Positions 38,195 to 48,583 of a stretch of DNA of 64,000 nucleotides are shown in pieces; within the stretch, counting starts at the first letter, position 1; every line of letters starts with the position of its first letter. Below the pieces are notes generated by a model. The model worked only from the letters and a program-made list of their open reading frames with translations. It made no database searches and was not told the DNA's origin. Made by a program: the position numbers and the translations under genes. Source of the stretch: Acidobacteriota bacterium (GTDB lineage Bacteria > Acidobacteriota > UBA6911 > RPQK01 > JAJDTT01); assembly GCA_965217775.1 (NCBI GenBank), contig CBDCJH010000002.1, positions 992,001 through 1,056,000 on the forward strand, in the 5' to 3' direction.

Positions 38195-39894
38195 CGGTGC
38201 CTCCTCGGCCTCTTCCGGATCACTCCTTCTGACTCCTGGACCGTGTAGAAGTGATTTGCCTCCAAATCGGGGAGTTCCTGGAGCCGGCCGTCTGGCCAGC
38301 GGATCGTCACCTGGGCAGCGGGGGCGTCTCCCAGGCCGAAATGGGTCCGGAGGTCATGGTGGGACATGAAGCTGGCGCCGCTTCTGACCTCCCGCATCTG
38401 CCGGACGTCCCCGGTTCGGACCAGGATCCGGGCCCCCACACCGTCCCGGTTGCTTCGAGTCCCTACCAAACGCAGGGAGATGAAGTTTCGCCCGTTGCCT
38501 CCCTGATTTTCCAACAATTCGGGCAGCCCGTCGATATTGGTCACCACCACGTCCAGGTCTCCGTCATTGTCGTAGTCGGCGAACGCGGCTCCGCGTCCGC
38601 CGTTGGGACGGATCAGGGCCGGGCCCGCGTCCCGGGTGACCTCGATGAAGTGACCGGCTCCGGTATTTTTGAACAGGAGCTTGGTTTGGAGGTATTTGTA
38701 GTCGAGCCGCTCCGCTTCGGGGTAGAGATGGCCGTTGACCATGAACAGGTCCAGCCAGGTGTCATTGTCGTAATCGATGAAGCCGGCGCCCCAGCCCAAA
38801 TGGAGCAGGCTGGGCGCACCCAACCCCAGCGGTCCCGTCCGGTCCGAGAAGGTCCCGTCTCGATTCGCCTTGAATAGCGTGTTGACGTCGCCGGAGAAGT
38901 TGGTGGTGAAGATGGACAGATGCCCGCTGTGGTCGAAGTCGCCGGCGTCGACTCCCATGCGGGCCTGTTCCCGTCCGTCCTCGCTGAAGGCACACCCGGC
39001 CAGCACGGCGTTGTCGGTGAAGCTGCCGTCGCCGTTGTTGCGCCAGAGGTTGGCCGGAGTGGCGTCGTTGGCCACGTAGATGTCCTGGAGCCCGTCGTTG
39101 TCGTAGTCCAGAAAGAGGACTCCGAGGCCGTTGTCGGGCTCACCGCTGCGGATGCCCGCAGCAACGGAAACGTCCTCAAAGGTCCCGTCCCCATTGTTAC
39201 GGTAAAGCAGGTCGGGGCTGCCTGCGTAGCGGCGCGGACCGCAGGTCACACGGAGGCCGGAAAAGAGGCATTCGGTGGGGTAGTTCTCCGGCGAGAACTC
39301 CACGTACCGGGCCACGTAAAGGTCCAGGAACCCGTCCCGATCATAGTCCCCGAAGGCGGCTCCGGCCGACCAGCCGCTCCCCGTAACTCCGGCTTCCCGC
39401 GAGATCTCCTGGAAGATCCCGTCCCCCTGGTTTCGAAAGAGAAGGTTTCGGCCGTAGCCGGTGACGAACAGATCCGGGTCGCCGTCGTTGTCGATGTCGG
39501 CGGCCACGGCCCCCATGGCCCAGAGCTCGCCGCCGTCGACACCGGCCCGGTCGGTCACGTCCTCGAAGGTCCCGTCGCCCCGGTTCCGGTAGAGCGCACC
39601 TCCAGGAGGGGGCTCAGGGTCCCGTCCCCGGATCCTGTCCAGGGACGACCCGTTGGCCAGGTACAGGTCCACCCATCCGTCTCCGTCGTAATCGAACCAG
39701 GCCGCTCCATGACCCAAGGTTTCCAGCAGCGCATCTTTCTTGGCTCCACCCGAGAGGTCCTCCAGGGTGATTCCGGCCTGAGTGGCCCGGTCCACGAAGG
39801 TGACTTGGCCCGAGTGGACCCAAGTGGCCGCCAGCATCACGAACGCCGCCAGAAAGAAGGGTTGCGGAGGTGTGGTGGGAGTCTTCGAACTCAT
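38191..39894 (-). CDS. CRTAC1 family protein (FG-GAP/VCBS repeats + ASPIC/UnbV)
   Basis: Repeated DYDxDGxxDL and NxGDGTF; GRGAAFADYDNDGDLD; SNRDGVGARI; HFGLG; IRWPDG; RBS GGAGG. Confidence 0.93.
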   Translation of the reverse strand: MSSKTPTTPPQPFFLAAFVMLAATWVHSGQVTFVDRATQAGITLEDLSGGAKKDALLETLGHGAAWFDYDGDGWVDLYLANGSSLDRIRGRDPEPPPGGALYRNRGDGTFEDVTDRAGVDGGELWAMGAVAADIDNDGDPDLFVTGYGRNLLFRNQGDGIFQEISREAGVTGSGWSAGAAFGDYDRDGFLDLYVARYVEFSPENYPTECLFSGLRVTCGPRRYAGSPDLLYRNNGDGTFEDVSVAAGIRSGEPDNGLGVLFLDYDNDGLQDIYVANDATPANLWRNNGDGSFTDNAVLAGCAFSEDGREQARMGVDAGDFDHSGHLSIFTTNFSGDVNTLFKANRDGTFSDRTGPLGLGAPSLLHLGWGAGFIDYDNDTWLDLFMVNGHLYPEAERLDYKYLQTKLLFKNTGAGHFIEVTRDAGPALIRPNGGRGAAFADYDNDGDLDVVVTNIDGLPELLENQGGNGRNFISLRLVGTRSNRDGVGARILVRTGDVRQMREVRSGASFMSHHDLRTHFGLGDAPAAQVTIRWPDGRLQELPDLEANHFYTVQESEGVIRKRPRRHR

Positions 39895-40032
39895 TCCGAA
39901 CCTCCACCCGTAAGCAAGCACCTGAATTCCTGGTTCGTACTTGCCGATTCGCAATTTTCCCATGCGATCGATCGATTATGGCAAAGTCCGCCGATCGAAT
40001 CCGTCCGGATGTTGGAGTGCTACACTGAGTTT

Positions 40033-41631
40033 GTGCGCTTCTTCAACACCACGGGTCCCGTCGTCGCAACGGACCACTACTGCATACCACCGTTGGAGCG
40101 CTTGAATCTCGACGAGGTCCGGACGCTGATCGGGCAGAAACGATATTTCGTGCTGCACGCGCCGCGGCAGACCGGCAAGACGTCCACCCTGCTGGCGTTG
40201 CGCGACCTGCTCAACGGCGGTGCCGAGGGTGAGTACCGTTGCGTCTACACCAACGTCGAAGCCGGTCAGACCTCGCGCGAAGACCTGGGACAGGCGATGC
40301 GCGCGATTCTGGTGCGATTGGCCTCGCGGGCTCGTTCGACGCTCGGCGACGAGTTCCTGGACCAGATCTGGCCCGGTGTCCTGGAACGAGCCGGTCCGCA
40401 CGGCGCGCTCGAAGAAGCTCTGACTCTCTGGAGCGAAGCCGACCCCAGGCCGCTCGTGCTGCTCATCGACGAGATCGACGCGCTGGTGGGCGATACGTTG
40501 CTCTCGGTGCTGCGCCAGTTGCGCGCCGGCTACGACCAGCGTCCGGCCGGCTTTCCACAGAGCGTGGTGCTGTGCGGCGTGCGCGACGTGCGCGACTGCC
40601 GCATCCACTCCAGCTCCGAGAAGGCGATCATCGCTGGCGGCAGTGCCTTCAACATCAACGCCAAGTCGCTGCGCCTCGGCGACTTATCGGAGGAAGATGT
40701 GCGCGACCTGCTGGCCCAGCACACCGAAGAGACCGGAGAGGCGTTCACCTCTGACGCAGTGGAGACGATCTGGAGACAGACCCGGGGCCAACCCTGGCTG
40801 GTGAACGCCCTCGCTTACGAAGCCTGCTTCGAGAGCGGGGACGGGCGCGACAACGGCCGTCCGGTGACCGCAGACGCCATCATCGAAGCCCAGGAGCAGT
40901 TGATTCTCCGGCGGGAGACGCATCTGGACCAGTTGGCCGACAAGCTGCGGGAGGACCGGGTGCGTCGCGTGGTCGAACCGATCCTGGGCGGGGTTGAAGC
41001 GGCCGACTCCGTCCCCGCCGACGACCTGCAGTACGTCCGCGACCTGGGCCTCGTGTGCAGCGAGGGACCCGCCGTCATCGCCAACCCGATCTACCGGGAG
41101 GTTGTTCCCCGTGATCTCACCTACACGACCCAGGAGATGACGTTCGGTGGCTACAATCCGGCCTGGTACGTCGGTGCGGACGGTGACCTGCGGGTTGACG
41201 ATCTATTGGCCGCTTTCCAGGCTTTCTTTCGCGAGCACTCGGAACACTGGGTGGAGCGGTTCCAGTACAAGGAGGCGGGTCCGCAGTTACTGCTGCAGGC
41301 GTTCTTGCAGCGGATCGTCAACCGCGGAGGCAGAATCGAGCGCGAGTATGGCCTGGGAAGGATGCGCACGGATCTCTTGATCGTCTGGCCGGTGAAGGGG
41401 GACCTCCAAGACACCCGCAAGACGGTGGTCGAGTGCAAGCTGCTGCACGGAAGCCTTGAACGCACCGTCCAGCGGGGGCTTGAACAGACCTGGGCCTACA
41501 TGACTCGTTGCGCCGCCGTCGAGGGTCACCTGGTGATCTTCGACCGCAGCGAGGGGACGGGGTGGGAGGACCGGATTTTCCGTCGCCAGGAGGCCGTCGA
41601 GAGCGGAACTGTGACGGTGTGGGGGATGTAG
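40033..41631 (+). CDS. AAA-like ATPase with C-terminal PD-(D/E)XK nuclease-like domain
   Basis: MRFFNTTGPV start (GTG); Walker A HAPRQTGKTS; Walker B LLIDEID; GQPWLVN; REYGLGRMRTDL...VVECK; ends VWGM. Confidence 0.85.
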   Translation: MRFFNTTGPVVATDHYCIPPLERLNLDEVRTLIGQKRYFVLHAPRQTGKTSTLLALRDLLNGGAEGEYRCVYTNVEAGQTSREDLGQAMRAILVRLASRARSTLGDEFLDQIWPGVLERAGPHGALEEALTLWSEADPRPLVLLIDEIDALVGDTLLSVLRQLRAGYDQRPAGFPQSVVLCGVRDVRDCRIHSSSEKAIIAGGSAFNINAKSLRLGDLSEEDVRDLLAQHTEETGEAFTSDAVETIWRQTRGQPWLVNALAYEACFESGDGRDNGRPVTADAIIEAQEQLILRRETHLDQLADKLREDRVRRVVEPILGGVEAADSVPADDLQYVRDLGLVCSEGPAVIANPIYREVVPRDLTYTTQEMTFGGYNPAWYVGADGDLRVDDLLAAFQAFFREHSEHWVERFQYKEAGPQLLLQAFLQRIVNRGGRIEREYGLGRMRTDLLIVWPVKGDLQDTRKTVVECKLLHGSLERTVQRGLEQTWAYMTRCAAVEGHLVIFDRSEGTGWEDRIFRRQEAVESGTVTVWGM

Positions 41632-41641
41632 GCCGCCATCA

Positions 41642-42784
41642 TCAAGGGACGGACCCAGGCGGCGCTGCGAGGAGCCTTCGACGTTTGACCGCGTAGCGGA
41701 CGGTGTGGACCCACCGATTGTCGTAGCGGTTGATGCGGCCCAGGTCTTCCCGTTCCGGTTGGGTTTCGCCCCGATCATCGAAGGCTCGAACCTGTAGCGC
41801 GTACGGTCCGGTCCGGCGAGGCTCCCAGGTGTGGGACCAACGGACCCAGGAGCACGGTGTCTGATGGTCCGTCAGGCGGGCCACGGTCCACGACTTCCCA
41901 CGATCGCTGCTGACTTCGACTCGCTCGATGGTCCGGCAACCGGCCCAGGCCCGCCCCCGCACGTCATGGGGACCGGGACTCAGGATTTCGCCCTCTACCG
42001 GAGAGTCGATCTGGGACTTGACGCCCATGCGCGTCACCGGAGTCAAGACCGGTTCTCCCGTGTTGGGATGGCGCCGGGCCGTGAAGTAGCGCTTGGCCAT
42101 GTAGAACCCTCGAAACGGCTCCGCCGTCACCCGGATCCGTGTCAGCCACTTGACGTGGGCCATTCCATACCAGCCGGGGACGAGGGCCCGCGCCGGATGG
42201 CCGTGCTCGGGAGTCAGGGGCTGGCCGTTCATCTCCAGAGCGACGAGGGTCCCGGCAGCCACGGCTTCGTCCAGGGGCAAGCTTCGCGCATAGGTCACGG
42301 GAACCATCTCCAGTTCGTCCAGACCCCGGTCGGCCCCCTCGAGGACGACCTCCCGAGCCTCCGGCTTAATGCCCACTTCTTCCAGAAGCCGGGCCAGGAG
42401 CACGCCGCGCCACTGGGCATTTCCCACCAGCGAGCCACCGGGCAGGTTCTCGGCGCATTCCACGGTGACGGTCCGGGATTCCTGTTCCATCTCCCGGAGC
42501 TGGGACCAGGTCCATTCCCGGGGTTGGCGGACGCTTCCGTCCACCGCAAGTCTCCATTCATCTCGTTCGATGGACGGAGTTCCCAGGTGACTCCGGACGA
42601 AGAAGTGCTCCACCGGCGTGAGCCATTCCGATGAAGCGGCGCCAATCGGCGGCGGGACCGGCGCGGCCCGCAAAGGATCCCAGGCCGGAAGCAGGGCCAA
42701 TCCCAGTGTCTGCAGGAAGGCCCGGCGATGGGGCTCCGGCAGCCGGGTCACGATCTCCGGGCGGATTGGTCCTCGATTCGCCAT
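41642..42784 (-). CDS. Sulfite oxidase family molybdopterin oxidoreductase, Tat-exported
   Basis: RRAFLQ leader; TPVEHFFVRSH; Mo-ligand ECAEN; MNGQPLTPEHGHPAR; GWYG...KWL; C-terminal dimerisation domain. Confidence 0.9.
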   Translation of the reverse strand: MANRGPIRPEIVTRLPEPHRRAFLQTLGLALLPAWDPLRAAPVPPPIGAASSEWLTPVEHFFVRSHLGTPSIERDEWRLAVDGSVRQPREWTWSQLREMEQESRTVTVECAENLPGGSLVGNAQWRGVLLARLLEEVGIKPEAREVVLEGADRGLDELEMVPVTYARSLPLDEAVAAGTLVALEMNGQPLTPEHGHPARALVPGWYGMAHVKWLTRIRVTAEPFRGFYMAKRYFTARRHPNTGEPVLTPVTRMGVKSQIDSPVEGEILSPGPHDVRGRAWAGCRTIERVEVSSDRGKSWTVARLTDHQTPCSWVRWSHTWEPRRTGPYALQVRAFDDRGETQPEREDLGRINRYDNRWVHTVRYAVKRRRLLAAPPGSVP

Positions 42785-42789
42785 CCCGG

Positions 42790-43608
42790 CTATTCTCCCG
42801 ATCTCGGGTGCTGCGCCATCCTTTTCCGGGCATGGGTGCAGAAATAGCAGCCGGGGTTGGCGCAGAGCAGGGCGTCGGACCGTTCCTTGAGGACCTCCAC
42901 CGTGGTCTCGATGACGTCCAGGCCTCTGACCAACTGGCACTTGGCGGCCTCGATCTTGAAGTCCCGGATCAAGCCCTGCTGTCTGAGGGGCATCTCGATG
43001 ACGCCGAACCCGGTGCTGCAGCCCGGCTCATCGTTCAGGTCCACGTTCACCACCTCGCCGGAGGGCGTCCTCACCTGGGCAGTTCGGGGAAAGTTGGGAT
43101 CGTAGGGAACACCCCGGTAGGGGACTTGGGCGTAGGCTTCTCCCACGTGCATGGTGGAGTCGGTGTCGTGCTTGACCCCCAGCAGCAGGATGAAGCCGCC
43201 GGCCCGGGCGATCCGGTCGATGGGTGAGCCGATGCCCGTGGATTCCGCCTTCCAGTGCTCCCGGGTGAACTCGTCGGCCTGGCGGCCGATGGCGGCCACT
43301 GAATAGGTGGGATGGAGACTCCGCACCGCTTCCGGGCGTTTTCGCAGGGTGTTGGTGATGAGGCCGGTCTGGGAATGTACGGTTGCGGGATCGAAGAGTT
43401 CCATCTCCAAAACGTAGTTGAAGGTGGGCACCATCAGCGTTCCGTCCTCTCCCAGGACCTCCAGCACGGCGTCGATCACGGTCTCGGCGCCGCCGTCGAC
43501 ACGTCCCAGACTGTGAAGCGAGCTGTGCATCATCACGAGGCGGGTCTGGTCCACGCCCCCTTCACGCAGAGAGTTCACGAGATCGGATTTTCGGAGCAAC
43601 CTCTTCAT
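42790..43608 (-). CDS. AAC(3)/YokD family N-acetyltransferase
   Basis: MHSSLHSLGRVDGG, GTLMVPTF, RSLHPTYSVAA, LLLGV..D.TMH..E; C-terminal LLCANPGCYFC. Confidence 0.88.
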   Translation of the reverse strand: MKRLLRKSDLVNSLREGGVDQTRLVMMHSSLHSLGRVDGGAETVIDAVLEVLGEDGTLMVPTFNYVLEMELFDPATVHSQTGLITNTLRKRPEAVRSLHPTYSVAAIGRQADEFTREHWKAESTGIGSPIDRIARAGGFILLLGVKHDTDSTMHVGEAYAQVPYRGVPYDPNFPRTAQVRTPSGEVVNVDLNDEPGCSTGFGVIEMPLRQQGLIRDFKIEAAKCQLVRGLDVIETTVEVLKERSDALLCANPGCYFCTHARKRMAQHPRSGE

Positions 43609-43650
43609 TTCAGCGGCCGTTCCTTGTTTGTTCTATTGTTTCACTGGAGT

Positions 43651-43733
43651 CCGGCGGCAAGAAAGCCGCCGGTCCCAATGGGCGACAAGAAAGTCGCCCC
43701 TCCTGTTCGGCGGCAAGAAAGCCGCCGCTCCTA
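43651..43733. repeat. Tandem triplet of REP palindromes
   Basis: CCGGCGGCAAGAAAGCCGCCGG / GGGCGACAAGAAAGTCGCCC / CGGCGGCAAGAAAGCCGCCGCTCCTAG; compensatory stem change; overlaps the DUF1501 TAG stop. Confidence 0.8.
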
Positions 43734-45182
43734 GGCCAACAACTTGTCCACTACGTGGCCGCCCACGTCCGTTAGGCGGAATTGGCGTCCCTGGAACTTG
43801 TAGACCAGCCGGGTGTGGTCCAGACCCAGCAGATGCAGGATGGTAGCGTGCAGATCGTGCAGGTGGATGGGGTCTTCGACGATCTCGTAGCCCAGTTCGT
43901 CCGTCTTCCCGAAGGTGATTCCCGGCTTGGTTCCGCCGCCGGCCAGCCACATGGTGAAGGCGTACGGATGATGGTCCCGTCCCGGATACTTTCCGGGTTG
44001 CTCGTTCATGGGAGTCCGGCCGAATTCGCCGCCCCAGATCACCAGTGTGTCCTCCAGCAGGCCCCGGTCCTTCAAGTCCTTGATCAGAGCGGCTGAGGCC
44101 TGGTCGGTTTCCAGGCACCGCGTCTGCAAACCCTCTTTGTGAATGATGGACATCTGGGCGAGAAATCCGTGATGGTCCCATCCGTGGTGGTAGAGCTGGA
44201 CGAATCGGACACCCCGCTCCACCAGACGCCGGGCCAGGAGGCAGTTGTTGGCAAAGGATTCTTTGCCCGGCTCGGTCCCGTACATGCGGTGGATGTGCTC
44301 CGGTTCATCGCTGATGTCCATCAGCTCGGGGACGCTGGTCTGCATCCGGTAGGCTAATTCGTAGGAGGCGATGCGGGTCAGGATCTCCGGGTCGCCCACG
44401 GCCTGGTATTGTTCCTGATTGAGCCTCTTCAGGGCGTCGAGGGAGCGGCGGCGCGCCTTGCGGGTCATCCATTCGGGGTCGGAAAGAAATAGAACCGGAT
44501 CACCCTGGGACCGGAACTCCACGCCCTGGTAGACCGTGGGAAGGAAGGCGGGCCCCCAGCACGAATTGCCGGCAAAGACCTGGACCGGACCCGATTGTAG
44601 GACTACGAAGCCCGGCAGGTCGCGGTTCTCGCTGCCCAGCCCGTAGGTCAGCCACGAGCCCATGCTGGGCCGGCCGACGAGATGGTGACCCGTGTTCATG
44701 AACAGTTGAGCTGGAGCGTGGTTGAATTGCTCGGCGTGGACCGATTTGACGATGGTGATGTCGTCCACGACCTCGGCCAAGTGGGGCAGCAACTCCGAGA
44801 GCTGGGCCCCGGACTCACCGTAACGATCATAGGAGTAGGGAGAGGCCAAAACCTGAGGCGTCCCCCGCAGGTTAGCGAACCGTTTGCCGTCCAGCGTGCC
44901 TTCCGGGACGTTCTGGCCATCCAAGGCCGTGAGCCGCGGCTTGTTCTCAAACATATCGATCTGAGACGGACCGCCCGACATGAAGAGGAAGATGATGTTC
45001 TTGGCCTTGGGTTCGAAGTGCCCCGCCTTGGGCGCCATGGGATGGCGGGCGTCGAGAACCGGAGCCGAAAAGAGACGGTCGTCCATCAGTCCGGCCAGAG
45101 CGACGGACCCGATACTCATCCCTCCCCGGAAGAAGAAGTGGCGACGGGTGATGGCTTTCAGCATCTTTTGTTGACTGTTCAT
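43731..45182 (-). CDS. DUF1501 domain-containing protein (Tat-like RR leader)
   Basis: TRRHFF; [12 protein letters not shown]; GRPSMGSW; GWDHH; WGGEFGRTP; GRDHHP. Confidence 0.92.
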   Translation of the reverse strand: MNSQQKMLKAITRRHFFFRGGMSIGSVALAGLMDDRLFSAPVLDARHPMAPKAGHFEPKAKNIIFLFMSGGPSQIDMFENKPRLTALDGQNVPEGTLDGKRFANLRGTPQVLASPYSYDRYGESGAQLSELLPHLAEVVDDITIVKSVHAEQFNHAPAQLFMNTGHHLVGRPSMGSWLTYGLGSENRDLPGFVVLQSGPVQVFAGNSCWGPAFLPTVYQGVEFRSQGDPVLFLSDPEWMTRKARRRSLDALKRLNQEQYQAVGDPEILTRIASYELAYRMQTSVPELMDISDEPEHIHRMYGTEPGKESFANNCLLARRLVERGVRFVQLYHHGWDHHGFLAQMSIIHKEGLQTRCLETDQASAALIKDLKDRGLLEDTLVIWGGEFGRTPMNEQPGKYPGRDHHPYAFTMWLAGGGTKPGITFGKTDELGYEIVEDPIHLHDLHATILHLLGLDHTRLVYKFQGRQFRLTDVGGHVVDKLLA

Positions 45183-45201
45183 GAATGACTCTTCCTCGGG
45201 C

Positions 45202-48200
45202 TCAAGGTCGAGAGATGGTTTCGTCCAGATTCAGCAGCACCTGGGCCACGCTGGTCCAGGCCGTGAGGCCGCCGGATTCCGACACCCCGGAGAGAGAATG
45301 GGAACTCGTCGTGCTGGGAGCGGAATCGAAGTGATTCTCCAACTGGTCCCGATACAGGGCAGTCAACTCCTTGAGCTCCGTCTCGGTGGGCCGGCGGCCC
45401 AGACAGAGACGAAATCCGTGGGCGATCCGGTCGGCGACTCCCGGCCCCGTCTCCGAGACCATGCGGCTGGCCAGTCCTCGGGCGGCGTCCAGAAAGGTCT
45501 GGTCGTTCATCAAGTTCAGGGCCTGCAGCGGCGTATTGGAGCGGCTGCGGGCGACGCACGTGGTCTCCCTGCTGGGAGCGTCGAAGTTGGCGTAAAAGGG
45601 ATAGGGACGAATCCGCTTCAAAAAGGTGTAGAGACCCCGCCGGTAGCGGTCGTCTCCCCGCCCCGTGATCCAGGTGTCGGCAACGTACAGGTTGTCCCAG
45701 AGTCCCGCGGGCTGGGGCGGAAAGACGCTGGGGCCGTACGGTCTCAGGCTGAGGAGTCCTGCGGCGCTCAGCGCGCTGTCCCGGATCATTTCCGCGTCCA
45801 TCCGAAAGCGGGGCCCACGGGCGTAGAACTCGTTGTTCGGATCCCTTTCCCGCAGTGGATCTTCCATCCGCGAGTCCTGCCGGTAGGTCGCCGAGGTGAC
45901 CATCAGCCGGTGCATGGCCTTCATGGACCAGTTCTGCTCCACGAATTCGGTGGCCAGCCAATCCAGCAGCGCCGGATGGGTCGGCCGTTCCCCCTGCGTC
46001 CCCAGGTTCTCGGGGGTCTTCACCAAGGCCCTTCCGAAATGATCGGCCCAGAGCCGGTTCATGGTGACCCGTCCCACCAGAGGGTTCTCGGGAGAGACCA
46101 GCCAGCGGGCCAGGGTGAGGCGGTTGGGCGGGTTGTCGCTCTCGGGCAAGGGATGGAGCACCGAGGGGACACCCGGCTGGACCTCCTTGCCCGGGTACAG
46201 GAAGCTCCCCTTGATGAAGACGTGGCTGGTCCGGGGTTTTTCCAGCTCCTTCATGACCAGGCTGTTGGGCGAGGTCAACTGTTTCCAGAAGGCCAGAAGC
46301 TCGGAGAGCCGTTGCCGCTTCGGCGTCAGCAGGGGGGCGATCCCTCGATAGTAGTCGTTCAGGACCTTCCTCTGACTCTCGGTCCGGCGGTCGACGGGAA
46401 CGGCGAGGCCACGTTCCGCCCGGGTCGGGAGCTTGACGTTCCGGGTCGGGTCCTGGTCGCGGGTGACGGAAAAACGAAAACGCCCGATGGTCTTGCCCGG
46501 ATTCTCTCCCTCATGCCTCAATCGGATAGTGAGCCGGGTACCACCCGGAAAGCCCAGCGGAGCTCTCGAAATGAAAATGGCTTGGCGCTCGACCCGGTTC
46601 TTGTGACTGCTGCCGGTGGGGTCGGCGTCGTCCAGCGCGGCGTCGCCGTTGGACCAGCCGGTGGTGGCGTCGCCGTCCAGCGCGCGGCGGATCCCCGAGA
46701 GAACGGGATCGATCTCGGCCGCGGCGCCGCTGAACATTACCGGCGAGGAGGAGCCAGGCGCGGCCAAGGGCTCCGCCACCACCTCGAATTCGGTCAGCAG
46801 GAAATCCCCGTCGGAACTCCGGCTCGAACCGCCGTGAGGCAGGCTGGGATCGGTCAGGGTTTCCAGCCGGATGGCCGTAATCCCTTCGACCTGGGTCTCG
46901 GTCACGACCACGTACGTTTCGCGCCCCGGTTTCGGTCCCGATGCCAGCAAGGAACCGTCCCTCTGTAGGGTCAATTCCGCCCCGCCCAGCGAGAAGTAGG
47001 TCACCGGATCCAGGAAGCTCCAGGAGACCATGCCCCCGGCGGTCCGGGTCTCCCATTCTTTCTGCGCCGCTTCCAGCTCCGGGGTGGAACGCTTCAGCGC
47101 CGCTTTCAGCTCCACGATCTCCCGCTCGATATCGGAGCGGTAAGTGGACAGATAGTCGGCGGGAGGCAGGGTGATGCTGGCGTTATGCGCCCCGATCTTC
47201 GTATTCGGGTTGTGTTCCTCCATCGTGTTGTTGAAGAAGGAGAACATCCGGAAGTACTCCTCCTGCGTGATGGGATCGTACTTGTGATCGTGGCACTGGG
47301 CGCAGGCGATGGTGCTCCCGAGCCAGACGGTTCCGGTGGTCTCGACCCGATCCAGAATCGCTACGACCCGGTACTCCTCATAGTCGATACCACCCTCGGT
47401 ATTGATCGTGGTGTTGCGGTGGAATCCGGTGGCGATCTTCTGCTCGGGAGTGGCGTCGGGGAGCAGGTCTCCCGCCACCTGCTCGATGGTGAACTGATCG
47501 AAGGGCAGGTCCGAGTTAAAGGCCTTGATCACCCAGTCGCGATAGAGCCACATGTTGCGTCGCCGGTCGTGGATGTAGCCGTTGGTGTCGGCATAGCGGG
47601 CCAGATCCAGCCAGGGCCGGGCCCAGCGCTCTCCGAAACGGGGGGACGCCAGGAGGCGGTCGACCAGGCGCTCGTAGGCCAGCGGACGCCGGTCCTCGAC
47701 GAAGGCGTGCACTTCCGCGGGAGTCGGCGGAAGACCGATGAGATCCAACGTCAGGCGGCGGATCAACGTCTCACGCGAAGCTTCCGGGGACGGATCCAGG
47801 CCTTCCTTTTCCAACCGCTTCAGGACGAAGCGGTCGATGGTGTTGCGGACCCAGGCCACATCCTTCACCTTCGGCAGCGGGGGACGGACCGGCTTGATGT
47901 AGGCCCAGTGTTTCTCGCCGGAGGCGCCCGTTCCATCGATGGCCTCGGTCCAAGGGGCCCCCTGATCCAGCCAGACCCGGATCATCTCGACCTGGTCCGG
48001 GGGCAGCTTGCCCGTCAGAGGCATGGGAGACCCCGGCGCGTCGCCGACGATCTTGCGGTAGAGCAGGCTTGAGGAACCGTCACCGGGCAGGATGGCCGGT
48101 CCGGACTGTCCACCCTTCAGGGCCGCTTTCCGGGTATCCAGGCGAAGACCGTTCATGCTCTGGTCTACGCCGTGGCACTGATTGCAATTGGCCTCCAGGA

Positions 48201-48345
48201 TGGGCCGGATGTCGCGCGCGAAGTCGAGGTCCCGGTCCGCGGACGGGGACGGACCCGATCCGCTCATCAGGGCAACGGTGCTCAAACCACTCAAAAAGAA
48301 GAGGAATATCCAGTTTCGGAATCGCAAGACCAGCGCCCACCGCAT
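45202..48345 (-). CDS. PSD1/planctomycete cytochrome c protein (DUF1549/DUF1553) with inserted beta-sandwich domain
   Basis: [14 protein letters not shown]; HWAY; WLDLARYAD; [11 protein letters not shown]; ITAIRLETL...FLLTEF insert; [11 protein letters not shown]; SNTPLQAL. Confidence 0.92.
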   Translation of the reverse strand: MRWALVLRFRNWIFLFFLSGLSTVALMSGSGPSPSADRDLDFARDIRPILEANCNQCHGVDQSMNGLRLDTRKAALKGGQSGPAILPGDGSSSLLYRKIVGDAPGSPMPLTGKLPPDQVEMIRVWLDQGAPWTEAIDGTGASGEKHWAYIKPVRPPLPKVKDVAWVRNTIDRFVLKRLEKEGLDPSPEASRETLIRRLTLDLIGLPPTPAEVHAFVEDRRPLAYERLVDRLLASPRFGERWARPWLDLARYADTNGYIHDRRRNMWLYRDWVIKAFNSDLPFDQFTIEQVAGDLLPDATPEQKIATGFHRNTTINTEGGIDYEEYRVVAILDRVETTGTVWLGSTIACAQCHDHKYDPITQEEYFRMFSFFNNTMEEHNPNTKIGAHNASITLPPADYLSTYRSDIEREIVELKAALKRSTPELEAAQKEWETRTAGGMVSWSFLDPVTYFSLGGAELTLQRDGSLLASGPKPGRETYVVVTETQVEGITAIRLETLTDPSLPHGGSSRSSDGDFLLTEFEVVAEPLAAPGSSSPVMFSGAAAEIDPVLSGIRRALDGDATTGWSNGDAALDDADPTGSSHKNRVERQAIFISRAPLGFPGGTRLTIRLRHEGENPGKTIGRFRFSVTRDQDPTRNVKLPTRAERGLAVPVDRRTESQRKVLNDYYRGIAPLLTPKRQRLSELLAFWKQLTSPNSLVMKELEKPRTSHVFIKGSFLYPGKEVQPGVPSVLHPLPESDNPPNRLTLARWLVSPENPLVGRVTMNRLWADHFGRALVKTPENLGTQGERPTHPALLDWLATEFVEQNWSMKAMHRLMVTSATYRQDSRMEDPLRERDPNNEFYARGPRFRMDAEMIRDSALSAAGLLSLRPYGPSVFPPQPAGLWDNLYVADTWITGRGDDRYRRGLYTFLKRIRPYPFYANFDAPSRETTCVARSRSNTPLQALNLMNDQTFLDAARGLASRMVSETGPGVADRIAHGFRLCLGRRPTETELKELTALYRDQLENHFDSAPSTTSSHSLSGVSESGGLTAWTSVAQVLLNLDETISRP

Positions 48346-48382
48346 GCCGTCAATCTCGATTCGGGGTGTCGCGCCAGTGTAT

Positions 48383-48540
48383 CAGCCCGTGGCAAAAGTC
48401 GTCACGGCATTCGACCGTCCCTGCATCCCGGCGGACGGCGTTGCGACTCGGTCACATACTCCGGGTATGCTCCCTCATCGCGCCTTGTCCGGCGGGCGCA
48501 GGACCGGTCTCGGTGCGCGCGAGACTTTCACCACGGACTG
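48383..48540. mobile_element. 158-bp MITE-like element, copy 2
   Basis: Same terminal IRs and length as 3975-4132, with scattered substitutions; flanks GTAT/ATAT. Confidence 0.8.
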
Positions 48541-48583
48541 ATATCAGTCGAGGGCGAAAATCGTCGCTCCTGCTCCGGACAAC

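Noticed and set aside
38920-40032. N-terminal 370 aa of the 903-aa ORF, suggesting a fusion to the AAA ATPase
   Set aside because: Mostly antisense to CRTAC1; the ATPase family starts at MRFFNT (GTG 40033).
43651-43733. Three short palindromic repeats as a possible mini CRISPR array
   Set aside because: Spacers are only 1-2 nt, the units are degenerate, related copies are dispersed, and no cas genes are present; these are REPs.
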